From positions 99,946,001 to 100,010,000 of the forward strand of contig NC_058373.1 of the NCBI RefSeq assembly GCF_018350175.1: 64,000 nt of DNA. The letters run 5' to 3'. Source of the DNA: Felis catus. Its lineage: Eukaryota. Under the pieces are notes generated by a model. The model was not told the DNA's origin. It saw only the letters and a program-made list of their open reading frames with translations, and ran no database searches. Shown here piece by piece: positions 1 to 11,982 of this stretch (positions are counted from its first letter, which is position 1; every line of letters starts with the position of its first letter). A program made the translations under genes and the position numbers.

Positions 1-69
1 AAGGAAGCACTGGAAAAGGCCTTTCATAAGACACTACTTTGTTCTAAAACTGTATAAATAAGAATCTTA

Positions 70-290
70 GCTAACATTTGTTTAATGTTTACCAGTGGCC
101 AAACACTACCCAAAACACTGTACACAGGTCTCATTTGGTTCTCATGATAAGTCTCTGCAGCAGGTACTACTACCAACTACATTTTGCACATGTGGAAAGT
201 GAGGCACAGAGAAGTTAACAAAGAGCCAGTAAGGAAACAAGCAAGGATTTAAACTTAGGCAGTCTGACTCCCCAGAATCCATGTGCTCTA
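70..290 (-). mobile_element. MIR relic
   Basis: MIR core-like acattttgcacatgtggaaagtgaggcacagagaagttaa ... ggatttaaacttaggcagtctgactcc. Confidence 0.6.
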
Positions 291-575
291 TACCAAGTTT
301 CAGCTTAGATTGAGTACTTCCTTCAACTAGCCATCAGCTACACTAGTCTCCACAATAAAAAAAAATAATCCAAAAACATGTAAACTTTTGGCAGTGGACT
401 ACAGAAGCTATATCATAATGAGTGAACAAAACAGAGCAACCCAATGAATTTTCAGCTCATAAAACATCATGCCCTCTGCCAAAAAAAGCTGGAAAATTGT
501 GTATTAAAATATACTATTTTTAACTCTTCTAGATTCTCTATTTCAAATAATATCCTTATTATAAACTATACTCAC

Positions 576-714
576 AAATGTCTCCAGTAATGCATTTGTC
601 ACTATTTGAACTATGTCTTGCACACGGGAGTTAGCGAATGGAATGCTCTCTACTTTGCCCTCTTTGTGTCTGGCCAGCAGCAGAGCTGGAAGTGTTGCCC
701 CATATTTATTTGAC
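576..714 (-). CDS. TXNDC16: TXNDC16 coding exon, 139 nt ([46 protein letters not shown])
   Basis: Acceptor TTTCTCCACAG|G, donor TTT|GTGAGT; 1+138 nt; ORF 543..758. Confidence 0.96.
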
Positions 715-1064
715 CTGTGGAGAAACGCAGTATTAATATTTCCAATAAAATATAGCAAGTCATCAAAAACAAATAATTACACCAAGAGGTCAGATTGGGA
801 GGCAGCAAATGAGAAGCCCTACTACTAAGGAAGAAATGAACTCAATTTGCAGGCAAATTTATCTTCTTTGTGAGGCCGTCTGAAGAAATTTAGGAGCCTT
901 GACAACCTAGATTAAAAGAAAGCAACAGATAATAATCTAGACAGATTCTTTTTTTTTTTCTAGACAACTTACTCATCAAGAAAATGTCTAAATAGGATTA
1001 GGAACATACTGAATGGTTCTCAATCTTTTTGGACTGCTCACCATACTGCTACGCAAGGAGACAA

Positions 1065-1270
1065 GCATTTATTAGAAACTTACTATTTGCCAGGCACTCT
1101 TTTAGATGCCTTTAGTTTTCACTTAACCCCAGAACAGCCCTATAATGTATGCCACTATCACCCCCATTTTATAGATGAGGAAACCAGGACTCAGAGAGTG
1201 ATAAATGGCAGAGACAGGATTCAAACTGAGGTGCCCCAGATATAAACTCTATGCTCTCTCCACTGTAACA
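1065..1270 (-). mobile_element. MIR relic
   Basis: cccattttatagatgaggaaaccaggactcagagag ... ggattcaaact core. Confidence 0.65.
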
Positions 1271-2382
1271 CAGCCTAAATCTGCTCCTTCTTACCACTAC
1301 TTTTGCTAACTAAAGGGAAATCACTGGACAGAAAAAAATGATTTCTGTAAAACCACCTCTGAAGTAGTCGCATTTATATTATGTAAAAACTGATGCTAGA
1401 ACCAAGTATAAACATTATAATATTATAAACATTAGTGGACAGTCCAGCCTTTAGATTACCTCTTAAGCTGATCAGTTGGTTATAAATAAAACATACTCTG
1501 AAAACTACTGGTCTAGCGCTTTCGATCTTAGTTAAATGCACAATGACAGCAGAACAGAACATAGTGGGTGACTATCCATGTGTCAGGTGAATAAGTCTCT
1601 TATTTCTTAAAGATCTGGAGTTCAGTATTTACTTTTCAAAAGTCATTGACTTCATGGGCAGAAATGGAGCTTGATCATCAAAAGTATACATCACCAGTGT
1701 TCATGATGGAAGATTTAAGCTCAGAAATCACAATTAGGAATACTATAATAAGCAAGATAAACTAGGGAGGGGGCTTACCAACTCCATCTGGACCTGAAAA
1801 CAAGCCATGAATGCAGAATGTGATATAGATGTATTACTGTATGTATTGTATACTGTATTGTATACATACATACTGTATGTATGTATTGTATATGTAATAA
1901 TCTCCAAATGTTCAGTCCTTCATTCTGAGGCAAGTGAAATATCTGAGTTCCACATTCTACAAATAAAGCAACTTACATGGCTAAAAGAGCAACAACATGG
2001 GGAAATTCTCATTTTTATATATACCTTGGTGGCAAATCAAAACCTGGACACTTGAAGAAGTAAAATTCCCCCCAAAACTATGACAATTTCAGAGAACCAA
2101 AGTTGCAGATAATAGAACCCAAACGGGAAAAATTTTTATAGAAAAAGTATTATGAATCCAAGGTTGCCCCTGTAGGGACTCTAGCCTAAAGCAAAAGAGT
2201 ATCTAAGAATTCTAAATAGCCAGATGCTGCTGCCCAGATCTTCTTACAAGGAAATTAAACATTTAATTAAAAATCAAAGTTAGTTATATTGCTGCCCTAT
2301 TTTCCTTCAACTGTGTAAAAGCTAGCAATGTATTATTTTGCAAACTTCTTCCTCACTAAAATTAGAAGACCAATAAACTTAC

Positions 2383-2467
2383 AGTATCAAAACATCTTCT
2401 TCAGAATAAATTCCAGTGATAACAAATCCTCTTAGGTAGTTTCCCGCTTTGGTGAAATCTTCTTTTG
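2383..2467 (-). CDS. TXNDC16: TXNDC16 coding exon, 85 nt (AKEDFTKAGNYLRGFVITGIYSEEDVLIL)
   Basis: Acceptor GTATTTATAG|CA, donor TACT|GTAAGT; 2+81+2 nt. Confidence 0.95.
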
Positions 2468-4239
2468 CTATAAATACATAGACAAGACAAAAATCTGAAA
2501 CCTTTAAAATTATGTGTGCTGTTCAACCGATGGACAGATTTATAAATGATTGTGCTTTATTAGAAATTAATTATAAAGATAAATATTTACAGGTAGACCT
2601 TATATAACTTAGTGGTTCTAAAATCTGTGTTCTTTTTATGACATTTGATTACTATAGAAATGTAAATTGATATAATGCAATTATGGTTCCCTAAACAAAT
2701 GTACTGTAAATGTGATTTATCAGATTTAGAGCACTCTAATCATACAGAGTTACTGAATAAATATTTGTTGCTTTTTAATTTACACTCTAATGTGGGTAAA
2801 TAGAGTTGGTTGCCTTATATATAGTTTGGAAAGAGAAGGAGATATGTGAAATGTTGTGCGCACTGTCATTACAAAATCTAAAAGTACCTATATGCACAGA
2901 AAAAATAGAAGATTAGAAATTATAGTCCTTTAATAATGTCTGTGTTAGGATTCTGCAATTATGAGGGATTTGTATCTTTTTTTATTTCCTGTATTTTCTG
3001 TAATGTGTTTTTGTTACTTTTGAACCTTGATTAATTTATGCGTCAGTCTTTTCTCATTTGTTAGGATATTTAAAAATTATTATTTCTATAGCATTCTGAA
3101 TACAGTATCATAGGTAATAGTATATTCTGATTCATGTTAATGACTATCTTATAACCAAGAAGCAGCTGTGAATTAAATACTTGCAGACCAATGAGAAAAG
3201 AGCAGAGGAAAACTTATATAAATGATGTATTCTTGCCAAGTGAAGACCAAATGATAATTTAGCTCACTACAAGGAAGGTTCATGGCAGTTCAAACAGAAA
3301 ATTCATGATGGAAGAATTGAGTCATAAAGCACCTCGTGCTCTGGACATGCTGAACCCAAAAGATCTGTACCTTAGCAGTCACGACTATATCTCTGGTGTG
3401 AGCATCAGCACTCTTACCATCAGGTAACCACAAGGTTATGTTCTCTAAAAAGGATGCATACTTTCCACAAGACTGAGAAACACTGCAGGAAAGCCAACTT
3501 ACTAAAGTGGCACAGTCAGCCAGTAGGCAGCATTCGGAGCTATTTATAACCATGAATTTAATGAGAAACTGTTACTATCACAGAAAATATTTTCTAAAGT
3601 CTGTGTTACACCAAAGCAGAAAAGGTTCATATGAAAAAAACTGGAAAGAACTGAGTCCCTATACTTTCATTTCTAAGAGAAAACAGAGCTAAATTCTGGT
3701 CAATAATTGATGATCATTAGCTAAAGCAATGACATAATGGAACCCGTTTCAGCTTCTTTTCTTTTTCGGTGAAGAACAGTGGAAAATTACACTAATATTT
3801 CCATGTACTTTCCTCACACAGAAGCCTCTCTACTCATGAATACGTTTCTTAAAAGGCTCTTCACAAATTTACTTGCTCATAATGGAACCATTTAAGACTG
3901 TAGAAACATATCCACTTCTACTAAACCAGACTGCCAGCTATCCTCTGAACACTTAAAACCAAGCATATTCTCCTCCTTGGTGAAAACAGCATATATGTCA
4001 GAATATACTGCAACCCCAAGTATAAAAAAATAATCAGTTAATCTAAATAAAAAGGTTTTTAAATCACAATAAATGTATCTGGGATGTAATAATAGTTATA
4101 ATATTTAGTTGTGTAACTATAAACATGTTTTAATTGCATAAAATAAATACAGTAGTTTAGCAATACTGTTTTCTCACTATCACATTTTATTGAATAGTTA
4201 CATTTATACACACACATATATACACATACTACTACACAC

Positions 4240-4850
4240 ACTTATTTTTTTAGCTCTGTCAACAAGAGTTGAGAAACAAGAGCCCTCCAGTAACTAAAAG
4301 CACTCCTAATCCCTAGATCTTGGTTTCTGAATTCAATGTCCCACTAAAAGGAACCTAGACTCTTGGAGAAATGGCTGATCCCACAAATGAAACTGGGAAC
4401 ATCTTGTGCCAAAAGGACATACTGAAAGAATGACGGAGACATGTCAAAAGGACACAGGAGTCAGATTGAAGGGGCCCCCACTGACCAAATCTGAGATGTT
4501 AGCAAATGAATGATTGTAACTGATTATAACCCACTGAATAAAATAAGAACTCAGGTGTCCATACTGAAAAACAAACAAATTAGAAGGAAAAGCTCTTACA
4601 GGAGAACTATTTGAGTATGTATATAGAAGGAATAGGGAGTTAGAAATTTTCCACTGGCAACCATCATAGTGATAGCTCTTTCAAGCAATGGATTCTAACA
4701 CTGGAGTGCAAAAGTATAATGAGAAACAGGACGTTTACAAGGTCTTACATTCTATCCCCACAACATACTTATTAATTACAGAGGGAAAAAAACAGAGAGA
4801 GACCTCGCAGATACAACAATGGACAAAGGAGACATTTTCGCCCTCATTGA
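4240..4850 (+). mobile_element. Old L1 (L1MC/L1MD-like) 3' UTR relic
   Basis: cccactaaaaggaacctagactcttggagaaatggctga and related motifs of old eutherian L1 3' ends; subfamily and boundaries approximate. Confidence 0.55.
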
Positions 4851-4885
4851 ATTCGCATTATATTAATCTTTAAGTCATTAGAATC

Positions 4886-5102
4886 GGGGCGCCCGGGTGG
4901 CTCAGTCGGTTAAGCGTCCGACTTCGGCTCAGGTCATGATCTCACAGTTCATGAGTTCGAGCCCCGAGTCGGGCTCTGTGCTGACGGCTCGGAGCCTGGA
5001 GCCTGTTTCAGATTCTGTGTCTCCCTCTCTCTCTGCCCCTCCCCTGCTCATGCTCTGTCTCTCTCTGTCTCAAAAATAAATAAACATTAAAAAAATTTTT
5101 TT
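4886..5102 (+). mobile_element. Can-SINE (SINEC_Fc type)
   Basis: ggggcgcccgggtggctcagtcggttaagcg head, B box gagttcgagccc, CT tract, A-rich tail; imperfect TSD taagtcattagaatc / taaatccttagaatc. Confidence 0.95.
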
Positions 5103-6108
5103 TAAATCCTTAGAATCTACATGAACAATAAATCAGTATCTGATATAAAATAACTGCACAGTAAATGTCAGTAGTTATATTTATGAGTCAAATACAAATG
5201 TACATAAAATGTTAATGAATTCATAGTAGCCTTTTACTGTTACACATTTTCTCATTCAATAGATATTGAAAGTACAGTAACTATCACCTGGACATCTGCA
5301 AAAAACAAAAACAACAAAAAAGAGAAATGAATACCTGACTGAAAAGTCTGAGAACAATCAATCTAGTGAAATAATAAAAAAGCATTGTCCCCAGATTACA
5401 TCATTCTGGCACAGCAAAACGATCTCTATATATTTTAACACTATACCTTTGACTTGTGTTGAGAGACAATTATATGTAAATCTTATCATTTGTACAAAAT
5501 TATCACAAAGTATACTGTTCCCTGTGCTGATCTCTTACATAAAAGATATATGTAAAATCCCTCTCAGCATTTACAATCAGGGAAAAGTTTTCTCTGTGGA
5601 TGAGTCAGCATCCTAACTTTTATGTTGCCATTTATCATATAACGATGATTAGCTGGCAAAAATTTCATCTTTCTGTTTCCAGTTGATACCAGATTACTTA
5701 GGGTTAAGTTTTATGATCAACTGCAGTGTTTTCAAAGTATTCTACATAATTATTCCCTACTCTTTTATGGCTTAACTCTTATTCTTGTTTTAATGATTTT
5801 ATTGTATGTGTACTTTTTATTATCTAAAGACCTTAATCCTTTTTGGAAGGAGGCCCAGAGTAAATAATAAATGACAACCTCAGGGCACCAGAGGTAGACA
5901 GAAGACAAAGTCAACGGTGGAAGCAAAAACATTAGAAAGGCAAAAATACAGGAGTAAAAAATAAACTCCCTCACTTCACATTTTTTCATAAAAATACAAA
6001 TGAAAAAGCTATCCCCTCTAGGATTTTGCCTTCTAAGATAGGAAGTCACAGAACACACATTCATATTCTTATCATTTCTTTCTAGTAAGTTTTGTTGGCT
6101 TTTATTTT

Positions 6109-6317
6109 TTTTTTCAACGTTTATTTATTTTTGGGACAGAGAGAGACAGAGCATGAACGGGGAAGGGGCAGAGAGAGAGGGAGACACAGAATCGGAAACA
6201 GGCTCTAGGCTCTGAACCATCAGCCCAGAGCCTGACGCGGGGCTCGAACTCACGGACCGCGAGATCGTGACCTGGCTGAAGTCAGACGCTTAACCGACTG
6301 CGCCACCCAGGCGCCCC
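6109..6317 (-). mobile_element. Can-SINE, young felid subtype
   Basis: CpG-rich full-length copy; perfect TSD tgttggcttttatttt at 6093-6108 and 6318-6333. Confidence 0.96.
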
Positions 6318-6872
6318 TGTTGGCTTTTATTTTAAAAGATTGTGAAGGCCAAGTAGAGGGGAAAAATTACTAGACAGAAATTTGTATAAAGCAAACTTAA
6401 TAAGTAGATAGAAGATAGTATCCACTATCTGTGAGTTTGATGCTAGATATGGGGATATTCTTTCCATAAAAATATCCTTAAAAGATTTTATTCAGAATTT
6501 GAAATTCATCTTAAAAGAAAGAAAAGTAAGGGGGCAGGTTTGTTAGATAAATGCCAACAGCTAACATGATGAAAAAAGAAAAAACACCACTAAGGATTTT
6601 GTTACCTAGTCAAGAAACCATCCGTATGCAAAAGCAAGAGAATAACATTCTAAGCAATATTACCAGTTAGGAAGAATGTCCTGTGTACCCTTCCTTTAAA
6701 ACTTATTGTAGGACATTCCTATGAAGCTAGAAAAAAATAGTCTAAAAATAGAGAAGATGTGATATCAAAAGAACACTCTAGTCTATGATGCTATCTATGT
6801 AAAACTAACAAGGTAAAATTAATTGCTATCAGCAATGTATTAATGCTGAATGAAAAAAAAAAACATTAATTT

Positions 6873-7022
6873 GGGGCGCCTGGGTGGCTCAGTCAGTTAA
6901 ACTTCTGACTATGGCTCAGGTCATGATCTTGTTTCGTGAGTTCGAGCCCCACGTCACGCTCCAGGCTGTGGAGCCTGCTTTGGATTCTGTGTCTCCCTCT
7001 CTCTCTCTGTCCCTTCCCTGCG

Positions 7023-7067
<45 letters not shown>

Positions 7068-7106
7068 AAAATGAATAACACATTTAAAAAAATTAAAAAA
7101 AAAAAA
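6873..7106 (+). mobile_element. Can-SINE with expanded (CT)n
   Basis: ggggcgcctgggtggctcagtc head, (CT)n at about 7027-7065, A tail. Confidence 0.93.
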
Positions 7107-7834
7107 GAAAAAACATTTGAAATGCATCAAAAATAAGTAATTGATGGATGGAAGAAGGATGAATAGATGCACAGGCACATGCTAAGTCAAGTACAAGTTA
7201 AATGCTAATAGTAGAAACTAGATGATGGGTATATGGCTGTTCACTATAAAATCTTTCAACTTTTGCTGTAAGTTTGAAATTTTTCATAATAAAATGCTAG
7301 AAAAATGCAAAAAATTCAAAGAGAAACATATAATGCAAAAAAAAAAGTTCAAGAATAATGATAATCTGAGTTTACAAGACTATAGAAGCCCATATAGAGA
7401 AAAAGATGACAGAAGAAATTGAAAGCATATTCCATGTAGACTAAACTAACTAAAGAGATAATAGTGAAGCATAAAACAAGCAACGGACATACAAATAAGT
7501 TGAGACAATTATGTGTAAAGGACCGAAGTTCACCTGGAAGAGTCAACAGGCAAAAAAAGGCAAACCAGAGTTGACCCAATTATATATTCAACACGTATTA
7601 AAAAACTATTATATTAGGGAGATAAGAGTGAATAAAAGAGAAAACACTTAAACAGATATACATACACACATACAGACATGGATTTAATATGGTGACAGTG
7701 GAATCAAAAAAAAAGAGGGGACAACAGATAATTAACTATTTAGACAAAAATAGAGTTGTCTCCTAACTTCATATCATGCACAAAAAATATCTAAAAGGTA
7801 AAGACTTGAAAAAAGGTCACAACAAGTGGAAAGG

Positions 7835-8800
7835 TATTCCATGGAACAGAAAGAAATATATGCAATTCATATATATGATAAGGGGTTAATTTCCAGAATA
7901 TATAAAGAATTCCTACAACTCAACAACAATAACCCGATTAAAAAATGGGCATAGGACTTGAATAGACATTTCTCCAAAGAAGATATACAAACGGCCAACA
8001 AGACATAAAAAGATGCTCAATATCACTACTTATTAGGAAAGTGAAAATCAAAACCATGATCAAATCAAATCTAACACCCATTAGGATGGTTACTATCAAA
8101 AACAAACAAACAAACAAACAAACAAACAAACAGAAAATAACAAGTGTTGCTGAGGATATGGAGAAATTAGAACCCTTGGTGGGAATATAAAATGGTACAG
8201 CCACTAGGGAAAACAGTATAGTGGTTCTTCAAAAATTTTAAAGTAGGGCTATCATATGACACAGCAATTCCACTTCTGGGTATATATCTAAAAGAATTGA
8301 AAGCAGAGTCCTGAAGATATATTTGAACACCCATGTTCACAGAAGCATTATGCACAATAGCCAAGAGGTAAAAACAGCCCAAGTGTTCATCAACAGATGA
8401 ATGGATAAGTAAAACGTGCTATATACATACAACGAAATATTATTCAGCCTTTAAAAGAAAGGAAATTCTGACATATGATACAAGATGGATGAACCTTGAG
8501 GACATCATGCTAAGTAAGCCAGCCAATAAAAGACAAATACTGTATGATTCCACTTACAGTAAGTACCCAGAGTAGTCAAATTCATAGAGATACAAAGTGG
8601 AACGGAGGCTGCCAGGGACTAGGCCAACAGGGAAATGTAGAGTTGTTTAATAGGTACAGAGTTACAGTTTTGCAAAATGAAAAAGTTCTGGAGATTAGTT
8701 GTACAACAATGTAAATATACTTGTCACTAGTGAACTATATGCTGAAAAATAGTTAAGATAGTAAATTATGTTATGTGTATTTTATCACAATTTTAAAAAA
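7835..8800 (+). mobile_element. L1 (L1MA/L1MB-like) ORF2 end and 3' UTR, degraded, with internal (AAAC)n
   Basis: gaatagacatttctccaaagaagatatacaa, cagcaattccacttctgggtatata, gatgaaccttgaggacatcatgctaagt and other L1 3' motifs. Confidence 0.85.
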
Positions 8801-9658
8801 TATTCAAAGGAAGATAATATAGAGTAAGAAAATATTATAAATTAAAGCAAAAAGAAAATATACTGGTGAATACTAACTGTAAAGATGATAGAGATTTTCT
8901 ATAATTGAAATCAATGGAAGAAATATCAAAATCAATAGATTTGAAACAAATTTTAAACTGTTAAATATAAAATTATTAAACAAAGCTAAAAACCAAACAA
9001 ACTGGGGGAAAATCATTGAAACAAATGACAAGAACTTAATAACCTTAATACATAAAAAATCTCATAGTAATTCATTAGACAAGCACTAAAAACCCATTTC
9101 TAAAAATGAATAACACATATAACACACAGCTTATAGAAAACAGTTATTCTCCTTTTGGGAATTTATAAATTTATAAATTTATCCATTAAATGGTCTAAAT
9201 TCCACACCAAGATGCATAAATAAAAATATTCTTCACAGCAAAAGAAAAAAGGAAAACAACAGGTGTTATTTGTTGGTAAATAGTTAAATTACAGTATATT
9301 CATCCAAATATACAGCCATAATGTTTCTGAAGAATACTAATCACATGGAAAAGATGAACCCATGTAATATTAAATAAAAACAGCAAGTTACTAACCTAGA
9401 TACACAGTACTAGTCCAATTATATTAAAACATATTAATATGCAATACATAGGTACAAAGAAAAATGAGGGAAGGAATTACATCAAAATTTAATAACTCTA
9501 ATTTTGGATTTTTATTTTTTCTTCAAATTTCTCTGCATTTTAAAAATTCTATAATTTGAGTTCTCTATAATTTAAAAAGATACTAATTCCTTTTTAAAAG
9601 TAAAGCTAGTAAGCAAGTTTTTAACTATTACATAATTTTAAAGTTCACTTCTACTCAC

Positions 9659-9795
9659 CTATGGTCATGTTTGGGCTAAATAGTCCCAGCACAGACACAC
9701 TAGAGTAGGGGACCAGGTCTTTATATAATTCCCCACTTAAATATTCTTCTGCTTCCTGCACAGATGTTATGTTCACTGGGCATGAAATCCTGTTG
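9659..9795 (-). CDS. TXNDC16: TXNDC16 coding exon, 137 nt ([45 protein letters not shown])
   Basis: Acceptor ATTCATCCAG|C, donor ATAG|GTGAGT; 1+135+1 nt. Confidence 0.95.
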
Positions 9796-10142
9796 CTGGA
9801 TGAATATATAACTACATTCAAAATTAATTTTTAAAGACACTTTTCAGCTTGCAAAAAATAAAAAATAAAACATATTGAACTTAGTAAACACTATATTCCA
9901 CACGATAAATATCTGACAAAACAAAGACAATTAAATACTCTTATAATTTAAAAAAAAATCACCCTCATTAAATAAAATTTCTATCTCCCCAAAAGTGATG
10001 TGGATAGGCTCTCCCCACCATTTATCCTGTTATCTCAATTCATTACTCCTTAACCTATTCAAAGTATGCCCACAAAGCATGGGAATTAGAAGGTTTATAG
10101 ACCTAAAATTTTTAAAGTCTTAGGAAGAATGTGAATACTTAC

Positions 10143-10311
10143 AGCAGGATAAATTTTAGGAGATCTTCAGTTCCTAACATACCAGCATAAGATACTGGGT
10201 GCTTGCCTTCCTTGTACATCTTTACAACTGGAAATTCAGTAACATTTTGCTTAGTACATAAATCAGACCAATCTGCACAGTTCACTCTAGTAAGCAGCAA
10301 AGTGGATGTGC
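10143..10311 (-). CDS. TXNDC16: TXNDC16 coding exon, 169 nt ([55 protein letters not shown])
   Basis: Acceptor CTTATTTAG|GC, donor TGCT|GTAAGT; 2+165+2 nt; Trx-fold VNC-x6-C and EFP (cis-Pro position) motifs. Confidence 0.96.
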
Positions 10312-10399
10312 CTAAATAAGACGAAAATGCACATTTTATAGATATTAGTGTAGAAAACTCAGTTGGGTAGACTTGACACTATTTTTATTGTCCATTCTT

Positions 10400-10880
10400 A
10401 TTTTAACCTCTCATCAGCATGAACTGTTTCTGCAGGACTCTCTCTTCCCCTGAGTTTTGCAACACCTTCCCCTTCTGGCTTATTTCCCCACCTCCTCTGC
10501 TGTTCTGTTTTGGTCCCTTTTGCATGTTCTTCTGACAGCAGAGATAGGAGTTCCTCAAGGCTCAGTTGAAGTTGCCTTCTCTTGTTATACACTCTCTTCC
10601 CAGACAATCTCAGTAATTATCAACAGAACGAATCCTATATTTATATCTTTGACCCAGCCTCTTCCTTACAGTTCTAGACCCATGTATCCCTACTCCCTTC
10701 TGTATTTCTCTTTGAATGGAAACGTCCTCAAATTCAATACGTCTAAACCCAAATATGGTTTCCTGCCTATAGGCTGCCATGCTTACACAAATCAGAAAAC
10801 AAAGTATCACCTTTAGTGTCACTCCATTCCTAAACTTCCATGTCTAGTCAAATCAATCAGCATGTCTTTTCCATCTTATC
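10400..10880 (+). mobile_element. L2 relic
   Basis: Pyrimidine-rich L2-like motifs (ggagttcctcaaggctcagt, ctcaaattcaatacgtctaaaccc); boundaries approximate. Confidence 0.55.
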
Positions 10881-10892
10881 ACCTAAACTTTA

Positions 10893-11213
10893 TTTTAGAG
10901 TTTCAAGTTTTTATTTAAATCCCAGTTAGTTAACATGTAGTGTAATATTAGTTTCAGGTGTGGAATTTAGTGATTCATCACTTGCATACAACACCCACTG
11001 CTCACTTAAAAAGTTAAAAATAGAACTGCTTTACCATCCAGCAATTGCACTACTAGGTATTTACCCAAAGGATAAAAAAATAGAAATTCGAAGAGACACA
11101 TGCTCCCTGATGTTTATAGCAGCACTATCAACAATAGCCAAATTACGGAAAGAGCCCAAGTGTCCATCGACTGATAAATGGATAAAGAAGAGGTGGTATA
11201 TATAAATATATAA

Positions 11214-11270
<57 letters not shown>

Positions 11271-11421
11271 GGAATATTACTCAGCCATTAAAAAGAATGA
11301 AATCTTGCCATTTGCAATGATGTGGATGGAGCCAGAGTATTATGCTGAGCGAAATAAGTCAGTCAGAGAAAGACAAATAACATATGATATCACTCATGTG
11401 GAATTTAAGAAGAAAACAGAC
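10893..11421 (-). mobile_element. Short carnivore L1 insertion with 5' inversion (10893-~11005 minus, ~11006-11421 plus)
   Basis: Minus-strand L1 terminus joined to a plus-strand L1 ORF2-end/3' UTR piece; 13-bp TSD cacctaaacttta at 10880-10892 and 11422-11434. Confidence 0.88.
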
Positions 11422-11438
11422 CACCTAAACTTTAAATA

Positions 11439-11982
11439 CAATTTGACCTTGGGGCGCCTGGGTGGCTCAGTCGGTTGAGCATCTGACTTCGGCTGAGGTC
11501 ATGATCTCATGGTTTGTGAGTTCGAGCCCTGCATCAGGCTCTGTGCTGTCAGCTCGGAGCCTGGAGCCTGCTTTGGATTCTGTGTCTCCTTCTCTCTCTG
11601 CCCCTCCCCTGCTTGTGCTCTGTCTCTCAAAAATAAATAAATGTAAAAAAAAAAAAATTAAATACAATTTGACCTTTGAACATGGGTTTGGAATGCACAG
11701 GTTCACTTACACATGGATTTTTTCTGATACAGTACAGTACTAAAATGTATTTTCTCTTACAATTTAACATTTTTTTCTCTAGCTTACTTTCTGAAAGAAT
11801 ATAGTATATAATACACATAATACACAAAATATATGTTAATTCACTCTTTATGTTATCAGCAAGGCTTCCAGCCAACAGCAGGCTATTAGTAAAGTGTGGG
11901 GGAAGTCAAAAGTTACATGAGGATTTTTGACAATGCGGGGGAGTTGGTATCCCTAATCCCCACCTTATTCAAGGGTCAACTG
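11439..11982. mobile_element. Tigger2/MER28-like non-autonomous DNA transposon (TcMar-Tigger), interrupted by a SINE
   Basis: Left end ta|caatttgacctttgaaca...gggtttggaatgcacaggttcacttacac; right TIR ttattcaagggtcaactg ending at 11982. Confidence 0.8.
11451..11657 (+). mobile_element. Can-SINE inserted in the left TIR of a Tigger-type element
   Basis: Full-length SINE; perfect TSD ttaaatacaatttgacctt at 11432-11450 and 11658-11676. Confidence 0.95.

Noticed and set aside
10457..10816. 119-aa plus-strand ORF
   Set aside because: It starts at TTG, lies in an L2 relic and resembles no protein I recognise.
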